A stretch of 64,000 nt of DNA from positions 635,949 to 699,948 of the forward strand of contig OZ287698.1 in assembly GCA_965649825.1 (NCBI GenBank), written 5' to 3'. Shown here piece by piece: positions 39,000-50,068 of the stretch; within the stretch, counting starts at the first letter, position 1, and each line of letters begins with the position of its first letter. The stretch comes from Penicillus capitatus (lineage: Eukaryota; Plantae; Chlorophyta). A program made the translations under genes and the position numbers. A model generated the notes under the pieces. That model was not told the origin of the DNA and did not search any database. It saw only the letters and a list, made by a program, of their open reading frames with translations.

Positions 39000-40119
39000 C
39001 TAATGCAACAGATGCACATCATCGAGGAGACCGCCAAAGCAAAAGGAAAACCCTTGACAGCCCACAAGCACAAAACATGAGGGCTGTGACGTGGAGAGCC
39101 CCACAAAGACGCCATCATAGAGTGGATGGAGAGCACCAGATCCGTCCAGGATCGCCTGGAGTGCTGCAGAAGACCTGACATCCAGGATGGACAGATCTCA
39201 TGAAGAATGGCCGCGATGGGACCTGGCGTCGCGCGATGTGTGCAGGGATGATGCCAGAGTGGAGATGGCGTCCTCTCCAAGGGAGGTTTTCTCTAGAGAC
39301 GTCACATCACGCATGCGATCGTCTGTGATGTCAACATCTGTGCCAAAGGAACCCAGGCATCTCTCCTAAGCAGTGTCGTTTCTGGAGAGGCATCACAGAC
39401 AAGGAGATGATCGACTTTGTAGAGATCCATCCTATCGAGCTCCCAAATGGCATCGTCGTTACACTTCAGCAGCAGAACGAGGCGTTTTCGTTCTCCGGCA
39501 CTGCTGTGGCAGAAGCACGCTTCCACAGTGGTATGCCGAAGACCACTGGTCGATTCCTCGCGTGTCGAGGCAGAGAAACTCCCGTCCGAAGTGATCTGAC
39601 TCTGTCTCCGTATCTCCCTTGACGTCTCATGTCTGCTCGGAATTCTCAAAAAGGGGGACCCTTTGTACCTTTCGGTGTGCTCTTCAGAGGCAATGCCATC
39701 GGATTCGCATCCCGTTGCGGAGTAGAGCTTCTTGGTAACATGAATCACTCTTCTGTCCTTCAGCCGCGTCGAACAGTGTGTCTGCCAATCGTACATCTCC
39801 ATTCCCCATTCCTTGTACGCGTCGGGAATATAGAGATGGGGCAATGAAATCTTCTGCCCTGCCGAATCGAAGCTACACAACGATCCGCGCCACTCTCCTG
39901 CACAAACCAGCGTCGATGCGTTGCCGTGCCGCGGGCGGAACCTGAGACGGCGTGGCTGAAAGGTACCCAGAGACCCGCGGATGATTCGGACAGCGACGCG
40001 TCTGTATCCGCACACTTCCAAACCGTTCCGCGTTTCTTTTCTCCAAAGCCACCCTTCCGTGAACGAAACGTCCTCCGTGTTCTGTACGCATTCGAATGTC
40101 TTCTCTTTTCAACCGCCAT
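39000..40119 (-). CDS. Conserved green-lineage hypothetical protein (At4g38225-like), possible transit peptide (spliced)
   Basis: Spliced WVPFSHAVS/GEWRG...LP..YIPDAYKEWGMEMYDWQTHC resembles a motif recalled from plant proteins (GEWDG...PEAYREW...DWQTQC). The 3' end is approximate. Confidence 0.6.
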
Positions 40120-40183
40120 CGTTGTTTTTTACGTCGCCGGAAGGCTCAAGTGGACGTCGATGCGTGCGGATAACATGATGACT

Positions 40184-41653
40184 TCATACATGGCGTTCAA
40201 TGCGTCCGGTCTTCAACGTCCAGAACCCACCATCCTTCGAAACACAGATCTCTCGCATGATCGTATCGAAGAGCTTTTCCGTGATCTTGATCCCCTTCGC
40301 CTTTGCGGCGCTGACGACGTCGTTGCGTTTGATCGTCTCTTTGTTACGAACGATGCCCATGAGAATTGTTCGCAGAGGATCCAGCTGCGTCGATCCTGTC
40401 GCCAGACGCAAGTAGACGCGTCGAATGCAGGTGACGTTCTTCGATCTAAGAATCGCGTCATGGAGCACATCGTCTTGCAAGATCGCCAGATCGCGAAGAC
40501 ATCCTCCTTGAAACGTCCGCAAACAATGACGCACGTCTCGGAGATTCGCAACGCCGTCGGTCGCAAAGAGACCTTCCAATGCCGCAGAGAGCTGTTCCAG
40601 AATCGCATCCTGCACACAATCGCCAATGCGAGAGGAGTCGAGAACGCGAAGAGCGACGTCGATTTCGAGTTCTTTGGGTCGGGGCTTCGATTCGGCGATC
40701 GGTTTCTGTTCCAATGCCTCCTGTTGTAAACGGGGAGGGGCGATGCTCGAGAGAAATGCGTCCTTATCGAGGAGCACCTCGACATCTCTGCAAAGGAACC
40801 GATCGATCAAGTGGATGGATGCCTGTGACGATGGCATACGTATCGACAGGCGTCGTCAATTGCTCCAGGACTTTGTCTGTAATGCGGCTGGTCGATCCAA
40901 TGGCTTTCAGTGGCTTCCACTTCTCAAGTCGTTCTTTCTTGGCCATATGTGCATAAGAGTTTTCTCTCCTTTGTTGCTCGGCAGGCGTCTCACGTCTTCG
41001 CATCTTCGCCTGAAACGAAAACAGTGTCCTCGGAATGCGCAAGATTGTTCGTGCTCTCAGTCTTGCCTGCAGCTGTGTGAGTTCTTCTTTGGGTTTCTCC
41101 TCCAGTTTTTCAGACGGTGCTGGATCGTGATGGTCCAGATCTGGTTTGAGTTGTAGGACGCCCTCCACTTCTGTCAGATACAACGCGTGGCCTCTCTTGT
41201 AGCCCACCTGTGAACAATGCATCTGGATGTCGCACAGCGATGTGATGGGAGACCGCATGAAAGGTCGTCCTCGGATCCACTTCGGTTGCTGTGAGTTTCA
41301 GCCTGTCGGCGGATGGCTTCTTCTCTTCGTCTGCATCCATGTGACTGCGCATTTCGTCAGCCGATACCTCGATCTCCAGTTTCTTGGACTCGGGTTTGAA
41401 CTGAATCTACGATACGTCTTGTACTGAGTGTCAGAAAGGGCAGCGATTGGAATGGAATGCCTTTTCGGCGTTTTCTGTGTCATATGGCGTCCAGGCAGGT
41501 CTCAGAGGGTGCTGAAGCATATAGAGCTGTCATTCATAAGGTGTCTACCCAGGCATGTATGCAAAAGGGAGGCGAAACCTGGGCGCCCAAGGCATCTTTG
41601 GTGCAGAAGTAGACATCGAGTTCCTCGACGATGGCATCGTCCGATTCCGTCAT
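40184..41653 (-). CDS. POLR3E: RNA polymerase III subunit RPC5 (Sin-like), spliced
   Basis: N-terminus MTESDDAIVEELDVYF (RPC5 DDPVV.EIDVY), YAIV...IH motif region, C-terminal winged-helix-like ...REICVSKDGGFWTLK. Confidence 0.75.
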
Positions 41654-41701
41654 GATGTGGGTCGACGGACTGAAGAAACGTCACATCACCGACGTGTCGC
41701 G

Positions 41702-42426
41702 ATGACCGAGAAAGTGGCTCCCACTGAACGGCATCGCTATCTTTGCAATGGTACGGACATGGCGGCCGGCAGTACCACCGAGGATATTGCTTAGGTCAGC
41801 TCGTCTATGAGTGGGATCAGACACTGACGGATGTTAATATCTACGTCCCTGTCCCCAAGGGTCAGTCTTTGCCGTCGAATTAAGTGAAAAACGAATGTAT
41901 GTGTGTTTTTAAGGAACGAGAGCCAAAAACCTGTACTGCGAAATGAGCCCGGGGCATCTGAAAATCGGTCTACATGGAAACCCACCGTATCTCTCTGTTG
42001 CGACCTAGCCTCGTATGTCACGCATTGATCAGCAGAACGTGTCTCTAGGAGATGCTCTTCGATCGAATCGTCATCGCAGAGAGCGTCTGGACACTAGGCA
42101 AGTGAACCCGTGAGTTCTTCGGTGGAAGGATAGCGTTGTGAGTAGAGGACGGAGTGATGAACATCTGTCTGCAAAAAGCAGCACCCGGAGAAGCATGGAG
42201 TGGCGCCTTTGAAGGACATGCATTGAATGCGCACGTTCTCGAAGAAGACAAGAAGCGATTGCTCCTGGAGCGATTTCAGACAGAGGTAGTTAGGTGCATT
42301 TCAAGTTCTGTGATGAAGACTGATGGATGTTATGGTGAACAGCATGCAGGATTTGATTTCTCGGGGGCCGAGGTTACAGGAGATGCGCCAAATCCACGAA
42401 CCTTTCTAAAAGACATCAACGACTGA
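41702..42426 (+). CDS. NUDCD2: NudC domain-containing protein 2 (CS domain co-chaperone), spliced
   Basis: VYEWDQTLTDVNIYV, ESVWTL, ICLQK..PGEAW, KKRLLLERFQ.E / HAGFDFSGAEVTGDAPNPRTF. Confidence 0.9.
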
Positions 42427-42469
42427 CAGAGTCGTTCTCATTTGAATGCGCAACATCAGGTGTTGATAC

Positions 42470-42474
42470 TGTAA
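42470..42474 (+). promoter_or_regulatory. TGTAA polyadenylation signal for NUDCD2
   Basis: TGTAA 43 nt after the stop codon. Confidence 0.5.
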
Positions 42475-42684
42475 GAAAGAGAAAAGCGATGACATCGATT
42501 CACGAAGTCATCATGCCTCCACGCATCGGCATCTTCGTTACTTCTGAAGATACCCTCTTGTCATGCATCGAAACAATCGAACTCATTCGATCTGTGTTCG
42601 ATGATCGTTCGATCGGTAACGAATGCACATGAAATCGATTTGCAACAACGGTCTGATATACACGTCACGTCAAAAAAAATCGTT

Positions 42685-44253
42685 TCAATCGATCGGTAAA
42701 CTTCGAATTACAGATCGCTGTCGTCGACAAATCGATTCTCGATGGGTATCGATTGCACGCTCGATATTCCGATCTTTGTCGAATTCATTATCGAGATCGG
42801 CGATCTGCGTCTTGTAGAGTTCCTTTTCGGCTACTGATCGGTGTTTGTAAATGTCGAATTCCCTTCGTGTTCTCTGCAACAATTCGTTCTCGTGTATGAG
42901 CAAATCCGTAACCTATGGATATCATCCTCTCTTCCAATTGAAGAAAAGAGAGCGTGAACTTTTCGGATCTTTTCCTGATCAGCGGCGCACGTTTCCCTCA
43001 GTAGCCGCAGTTCTGTTTTCATATCTTCAACATCCACAGCGTCTCCGCAGTCAACCTCATCGATCGGAGGAAAAACGATCGAGGCGATCGTGTCATTTCG
43101 ATCGACGATCTTTAGTTTTGCTTCCGTTGCCTGTAAACGTTGCGGCGATGTCCGATGGATGCTTCTCTTTTTCTAGCCATTACCTTTACCGTCATCTTCA
43201 GTTTTGCGTTCTCTAGCTTGAGTGTTTCGATTTCTTTGTCGAGATGCTCTGCGTTTGATGGAAGGCACTCCTGTTCACGACGACACAGCAAGAGCTCCAT
43301 GCGCATTTCGGCTTCGCGTTTCTCGCTTTGCTGAATGGCCGCCTCTATCTAATCGACATCGATTTGGTGGAAAAGTGGTGTGAGAACTGTATAACCTGAC
43401 GTAAGTTTCGTCGGAGGCTGGTAATTTCTTCCAGCGATTGGCAGGATGTCGTCCAGAAATTCGATTGAAGTTCCTCCAATGCCTCCTCTATTCTTCGCTT
43501 CTCGAGTCTCATCCACAGATCTCTAGTTTTAGCAAACAACGACAGAGAAAGATCACCTGGTTTGTGCAATAGTGTTCTTAAGTAGTGCACTCTCCCTCTT
43601 CTGTATCTTCAGCTGTAACGCATCGTCGCTCACTTCTTCCTGCAGTTCTCCAAAGCCCGTCTCTCGATCCGCTAGGCATTCGCGCAGAGAATCGTGTTCA
43701 GCGGACAACTGCTGAACAGAATTCTGACAGACAACGAAACTACTGCGCCTTTCGTCCGATCTCGAGAGTGTGCCTGTACTTGGCCATGATTCTCTCTGCC
43801 TTGTCTGCCAGTTGTCGCAACTGTTTCTTCGGTGCGCCCGTCTTCGACATTGATGTATTCTGAATCTGACGACATATAATCTGCAGCTCTTCTTTGAAAA
43901 GCACCATCTGTTTGACGGCGTCGAATTTCTAAGCATAGAATCGTCCGGCAGCGCCTATGTGGTGACTTTAAGCAACACCTCCGTATCTCTCTTCTCTTTC
44001 GTGTATCTCGTTGCATTTTTCATCTCCTCAGTCAGTCGCTCCTCGCTGCACGCACGGAGTGATATCCTATTCAAGCGATTCGATAGACGCACGCTCGAAG
44101 CTTCTGACCAAACGCGCGTTGATCAGCTTTGAGGCGTTCGTTCAAAAGCTCAGCCGATAAGGGTCGTTTTTGCGATTGCTGGCTAGTGATTGCGCCGTTC
44201 TGGCAAAGAGCCTTCCTTGTGGTCGATTCGACATGCGCGATCTGCTCCGACAA
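42685..44253 (-). CDS. Coiled-coil protein of unknown function (spliced; ends uncertain)
   Basis: Several minus-strand fragments with heptad E/K/R/L-rich composition (LQEEVSDDALQLKIQKRE, LDKEIETLKLENAKLK, ELLQRTRREF). Confidence 0.5.
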
Positions 44254-45240
44254 TCTTCAAAGATCACTCCCCGTCGATCGCGTAAACAGATGAAGTGTCG
44301 TGTAACAGACATGTTGACTTCTTCCCCCATCTCTTTTTGGTTTTCGTGCACTGTTGGATGCACATCGTTCATGTCTCGCGGTCCGAGACGCGATCGATGA
44401 CTATCCGCACCACATCGAAATAAATGATAGCTATCCTTGCCGCGATAACGTCACGATTGCACCTCTGATCATTCTTTGGATCGTCTTACCGCCGTCAGGA
44501 AGATGTCTTTGACGATCGGCGTCGAAATCGGTGAAGTCGTTTCATACCCCGCGATTATAGATGTCGTGCATTCCTTATGATAACTCACCTTATTATTGCC
44601 TCTCGCACGTTAGGAGACGGATCCATCACAACGCATCCTTTTAGAGCTCGCTTATTGTCCTTTGAGCCACTTGACCGAATAAAGCATATGCATCACGTGT
44701 TGACAGTTGCGCGGAAAGGCCTGTGTTTCGGTTTTCGAACAGAGAAAGAGTCTGTAAACGATTGAGGGCGCGAAGTGTTGTCGATGACGTTTTTATCCAT
44801 TTCTCACACAACAGCGTATTATAGGTGCTCATTTCTCTAAGCTAATCTAGCGAGACCAAGGCACGAGCGGACGCATGCAAGCTGTCGTCAACACTTTTGG
44901 CTGTAGATCTAGAATTCTGTTTGAATAACGCGCGCTGCTCAATTTAAATCGATGGTGCAGGAATGTGAATTCAGTTGCGTCGAGCGCGTAAGTTTGTTTC
45001 GATGACTGTGCTGCCTACCTAGGCAAGATATGTAACCGCGTAGCTACCTTTCATCTGCGCCAAACGTTGTCGCGCATGACCAATGGTCGAAACGGCCCAG
45101 TACATGTTGATAATCTGACTGCTAATAATAACGCCATTTTTACGCGCGCGTCCCTGTAAATCTGAGGTCATTCGCCGCTTTACGCATCCGCCGCTTTTCA
45201 GGTTTTCCCTTGAATTTTCGAAGCAGCCTGGACAGGTATC

Positions 45241-46104
45241 ATGGCGAGCAGCTTTTGTTCGTTCGTCGTTCTCGTGCTCTCAGCGACTTTCGTTTTGTGC
45301 GTTTCGGGTCATGGTGAGCATTCCTCGTCATCTTGCTTTGTCAACGTTCGTTTTCTGCGTGAAGAAACGCAACATGACTATGTTGACACGGCGCTCTCAA
45401 AGGATGACACTGGCGGTGCAGTTGCATTAGATTACGTCCGTGGTTCTGTCTCCGGACTCTGGGATGCAGCTTGGGAAAGGCTTTCCCAAAGACGCGGGCG
45501 ACTATTGCAGGACGGAGGCGGTTTCGGGGGACGCAAACTGTCGCAGAACGGAGGCGGATTTGGAGGCGGACGCAAACTCTCGGGAGGAGCATGTGGACGC
45601 GCAGGCTCGGATGCCGAGTGCAGAAACGGGCGCAAACTGTCGGAGTCAGAAGGCGGACATGGACGCGGAGGTGGAGGCGGACGTGGACGCAAACTGTTGC
45701 AGAACGGACGCAAACTGTCGGTGTCAGGAGGCGGACGCGGAGGCGGACGCAAACTGTTGCAGAACGGACGTAAACTGTCGGTGTCAGGAGGCGGACGCAA
45801 ACTGTCGGGACCAGCATGTGGACGCGCAGGCGGAACCACAGGCAAAGATTGCAAACAGGGACGCAAACTGTTGCAGAACGGACGCAAACTGTCAGAGTCA
45901 GGAGGCGGACGAGGAGGAGGAGGCGGATTCGGACGCAAACTTCGAGAGGAAGGCGAAGATGGGAACATGGGAATTGTGGAGGATGTCTCGACGACCGTCG
46001 GAGATATGCTCACCGCACCACCTGGTGGATTTGAAAACCGCAAGCTCGCAGAAGTCGGTTTGCCGAACAACGACGCCGACAGCGTCACCAGTGGATTGAA
46101 TTAG
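45241..46104 (+). CDS. Secreted Gly-rich polyprotein with 11 GRKL repeats; candidate peptide precursor
   Basis: Intronless 287-aa ORF with ATG, hydrophobic signal peptide (MASSFCSFVVLVLSATFVLCVSG) and acidic N- and C-terminal flanks. The GRKL codons vary only synonymously (gga/ggg, cgc/cgt, ctg/ctc/ctt), and repeat-length changes keep frame. Confidence 0.85.
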   Translation: MASSFCSFVVLVLSATFVLCVSGHGEHSSSSCFVNVRFLREETQHDYVDTALSKDDTGGAVALDYVRGSVSGLWDAAWERLSQRRGRLLQDGGGFGGRKLSQNGGGFGGGRKLSGGACGRAGSDAECRNGRKLSESEGGHGRGGGGGRGRKLLQNGRKLSVSGGGRGGGRKLLQNGRKLSVSGGGRKLSGPACGRAGGTTGKDCKQGRKLLQNGRKLSESGGGRGGGGGFGRKLREEGEDGNMGIVEDVSTTVGDMLTAPPGGFENRKLAEVGLPNNDADSVTSGLN

Positions 46105-46620
46105 TGCCACGCTATGTCCAGCTCTATTTCCTACAGAATGGTGAACAAATGAAGGCCGCGATGGCCTTATGATTTTGACTTCTTTCTTGAATGGTGAGTC
46201 CTGCTTTCAGTATGAGTCGTTAGCAGTTTACAAGTCGCAACCGAATGCGGTGTCCCTAACATCTGTCGTTTAGCCTTTCTTAAAGCAGAAGTCGAACCTT
46301 CCATGAAACGTGTGTTTCTTGATTCAGACGTCCTACGGCTGCAGAATCAAATGGCTTACCCATATGAAGTTCGTTGTATCAATTGTTCAGACCTCTTGTA
46401 TTCGAAGCCACCATGATGGCTTTAGAATCAATCTTGGGGATTACGACATCTCAACGTTGGCTGAAATCTGCACATTGTTCTGTTGTTTTTGGTGGTTCTT
46501 ATGTTAATGTCGCCCTTCGATGTGCATTATGTCGACGACATCTCGACGATAATCTCAATGACCCGGATTTCAGGCAGTACTACATATCTATCGTCTAATA
46601 TCTCGTAAAGCCATAAGATA

Positions 46621-46715
46621 TCGATCGGCGATGATCGATTCGTTACAAGTTCGATCGGCGATGATCGATTCGTTACAAGTTCGATCGGCGATGATCGATT
46701 CGTTACAAGTTCGAT
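46621..46715. repeat. Perfect tandem repeat, 30-bp unit x3 plus partial (TCGATCGGCGATGATCGATTCGTTACAAGT)
   Basis: Three identical head-to-tail copies at 46621, 46651 and 46681; no spacers. Confidence 0.97.
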
Positions 46716-48781
46716 AACCTCCTGTTGATTATCTTCTCACTCCTACAAAGGAACTCCGTCAAAGTAAAACAGACGTGCCACAGAGACAGAAGTCGTCGTC
46801 GTAGTACTTTAGATATCGACATGTTCGGATACTCGGGTATTACCCGCACGATTCAATAGCCAAAATCTTTTACATGACTGTTTGAAAAATCGTTCGCAGC
46901 ACTGCACATCAGAACGACAGGGAGATCACGCAGAGAAATTCAAAGTGGAATGTTGTGTTATGAGAATCACTTTTCAATTAGCAATAGGGCCAGAACATAG
47001 CCTTTTGCAAAGCATCCATCCTTCGCCTGATAACTGCTGCAGTTGTCCCAGTCACAGACGTAAAATGAAGATCGACTTCGACTGTTTTCGAATCTTGCTC
47101 CCTTGGTATGCAGCAGCGCATCGAAACGATACCATCGACGGAACTGTCAATGACATCTTATCGCGAAACGGATGCTTGACATGGCATGGCGGCAATGACC
47201 AATATTCTAAACGACATCTCCGACGGTCAGGTGACGACGGTGACGAATCTTCTGCAATAGACTGCGCATATCACCGCGTGCAGCACGTTTACAGACCTTG
47301 AACGGTGCAGCTTTGCTACACCTCTTTCCGTCTAGACACTCATGATCGTTGGTGAGAAGCCCCTTTATCTTACGAGAGCCTTCCTGCATGAAATCGTCCT
47401 CTTCCGCTGTCGTCTGTGTGCCTCATTGAACATATATTTCTCCTGAAATTCTTTACGATACTGGAGACACTGCGTTCCACAATGCAGAACAGCCGACAGG
47501 AATCGCCGATCTCCTCCATATTCACTTCCGTCCCCTTTCGTTCGTCAGGCAGTCAATGGAAGTTAGCTCACGTTTGCCTCGTAGTGAAGACATGCTGAAC
47601 TTTTCATAGAGATGGACATAGAAATGCATTGTACTGCAATGACCTACGCCATTACGGTTCTCTGATTTATCTCACGATCCATTCATTACGCAAAACATAG
47701 CGCATTTATCGATCTTACCACGATAGCTCTCTTCAGCCACTCACATTCATTTCTCAGCCGAGTGAATATTGCTGGTAGCCAATGGATGCTTGCATAGCCT
47801 CCTTTGTTAGCTTTAGTGAAATGAACATGTCTCCGGCGACAATCCGTCGTCTTACCACATCTCTGTGTCCAATCACTTTGACCATTTATTTACTCTCCAC
47901 TATGACTTCTAGAAATCTCGCATGACGCATCGTAAACGACAACGATCGCTGCCATCGGAGGGAACGGCGTATTGCAGATGGTAACATCGATATGGGCGTG
48001 CCTCTTTCGGCGCATCGTCTGGATCATTGCCGCAGCCTTCCTTCCGCATACGATGATGATCAGATGTCAGAAATCGAGTTCGTGGGTGTTTTGATCGCTC
48101 CCTTTGCGTCAAACAGCAAAACAGAACCCTCAACGCGGCATGCAAACTTCAAGCACGAATTGGCAGTCGAATCTGGACAGCACAATTTGATTCAACTCCA
48201 TCAAACCAACAATCAACCCATCTTATTCACGTTTGTGTCCTCACAGACACATACCAGATTCTCCAACGGGACGTGCCGATTTTATCAAATGTGACCGTAT
48301 AGCAAGCTCACGTCCATGCGGCGTACACAGCCCAAATCAGCGAACGGATTCAAAACTGAAAACGTTCCTAGGCTGTAAGTGGGATTAAAATGTTGATCGT
48401 CAGTCACCACGACAATCAAGAAGCAGCATAGCACGATGGAAGAATCGGATGTTTTCGCGTTTATAATAACAGACGACACCTGAATCGTACAGTGCTAACA
48501 CAGATAAGATGCCACAGAATTTAGATCCGACAAAGACCTACACATTAAGTTCTACATCCAAAAGAGTAGAGATTGACGGAGTGACAAGGACGACAATCAG
48601 AATCGCTGCTTATATGCAGCATTGGAAAAGATTTTGGTACTGGAGACCAAGAAAATTATTGCCGGGGTAATCACTCAGCATCTGCATCTACAGAGAAGGA
48701 AAGAAACAGCGACACAGTTTAGGAGGTGAACCCACGCAGTTATTGAAACATGTGAAGAATATGGATCCCATGACTCTTGAT

Positions 48782-50068
48782 TCAATAGTGCCCCATATTA
48801 TGACCATAGTCGTAATGAGAGGAGCCAACGTGGTATGGATCGGCTTTCTTTGGACGAATTTTTTCGCCGCAGGTCCAGATTCCTTCCACCCAATCACAAT
48901 TGACCCGTGGAGGTTTGTGACCACCAGCAGATCGTTGCTGTCCCTTAACAGTTGAGGTAGCAACGGCCGAGGCCGAGGCGGAAGCTGAAGCCTTGGCACC
49001 GGCAGAAGCGACCGGAGTGGCAGATGCCGAACCTAGACATCCCATCAGAGTCTTTCAAATCGGGAGGCGGTGATGGACTTGACTTACTCGGTGCCGATCC
49101 GCAGCCGCATGTCTCGGAAATGCCACACGAGAATACTTGTGTGTAATAATTGCGACCGGAGTTAGAGACCCCGGCACCGACGCCAATCTGCGAGAAATCG
49201 CAGGACATCAGATTCTTACGATGAGCAGGAGAGCACATCCATGCCATCACGACTGCCTTGGCATTTGTAAAACCAGCAGCGACGTTTTCGCCCACTTGTC
49301 CCCATGGCAGATCCACACGATCTGCACGCGTTTGCAGATTGGAACCATCCGATCCCGTGTGACTCATTGAGTTCATTCGAGCTTGGTCGTCTGTATGAAG
49401 TTGGGCCAGACGTTGAATGATTGGACCGGTCTGAAGTCTCACCAGCGTCTTCCCAACAACCTCTCCCTATGGCATATTCGTGGTTGTCGAGGACAAAGGC
49501 CAAACAGAAGAGCATTACCCGAAATTGGTCATAGTTACAGGGATAGTCCTTTGCAAAGAAATCTGGATCTTGACGGATAGCGTTGGAACATTCAACGATC
49601 TGCAAACACAGATGGTAACAGTTTTGAAAACAAGGGCCCCTTCGCAGAGGATCCGTTAGTTCTTACAGCTTCAATATGATTCGTATCCTCGCTACACGCT
49701 CCGCCATATTTCAGACTTCTTGGGATTCCGCGGATGACAGCTCTCCTTCCAAAAGGGCTTCCTTTGGAGATCAGCTGTTCAGGAATGACGTCCATTCTGC
49801 CATCCCCATAAACATTCTCTGCCTCTGCAAATCGATGGGTCTCCAGATAATGGCGGACATCTTTTGCGTCCCTGCACTTTTTTCATTTATCGACAGGAAA
49901 AAATTGTGATGAGAACCGTTTGACAAAGATGGCGGTTCCGATGGCTGGAGGGTCATCCGCAGCATCTTCTTGAAGAGAATCGGAGATGGCCAGCGATAGC
50001 TGATTGAACAGTATGATATAGAAGAGTACTGCCCAGGCAGGTCGGATTCTATTCATGCCTTCATCCAT
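48782..50068 (-). CDS. Secreted CAP/SCP (PR-1 superfamily, bacterial YkwD-like) domain protein with Ser/Pro/Ala-rich tail (spliced)
   Basis: Signal-like AWAVLFYIILFNQLSLA; SHTGSDGS...GENVAAG....VV.AWMCSPAHRKNL...FSQIGVG...YYTQVF; then SPSPPP and ASASASA. Confidence 0.88.

Noticed and set aside
40184-40837. TFIIE-beta call for the winged-helix-like C-terminus
   Set aside because: The upstream exons give the RPC5 N-terminal motif DDAIVEELDVY, so it is the 3' part of POLR3E.
45432-46088. Pro-rich extensin-like ORF on the minus strand, and a second + frame ORF (45440-46099)
   Set aside because: Shadows of the G/C-rich repeat. They lack a convincing start or signal peptide, and the synonymous variation fits only the GRKL frame.
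46621-46715. CRISPR array
   Set aside because: Units are head-to-tail with no spacers, there are no cas genes, and the context is eukaryotic.
46882-48480. Short ORFs on both strands downstream of the minisatellite
   Set aside because: No recognisable motifs, no consistent exon chain, frequent stops.
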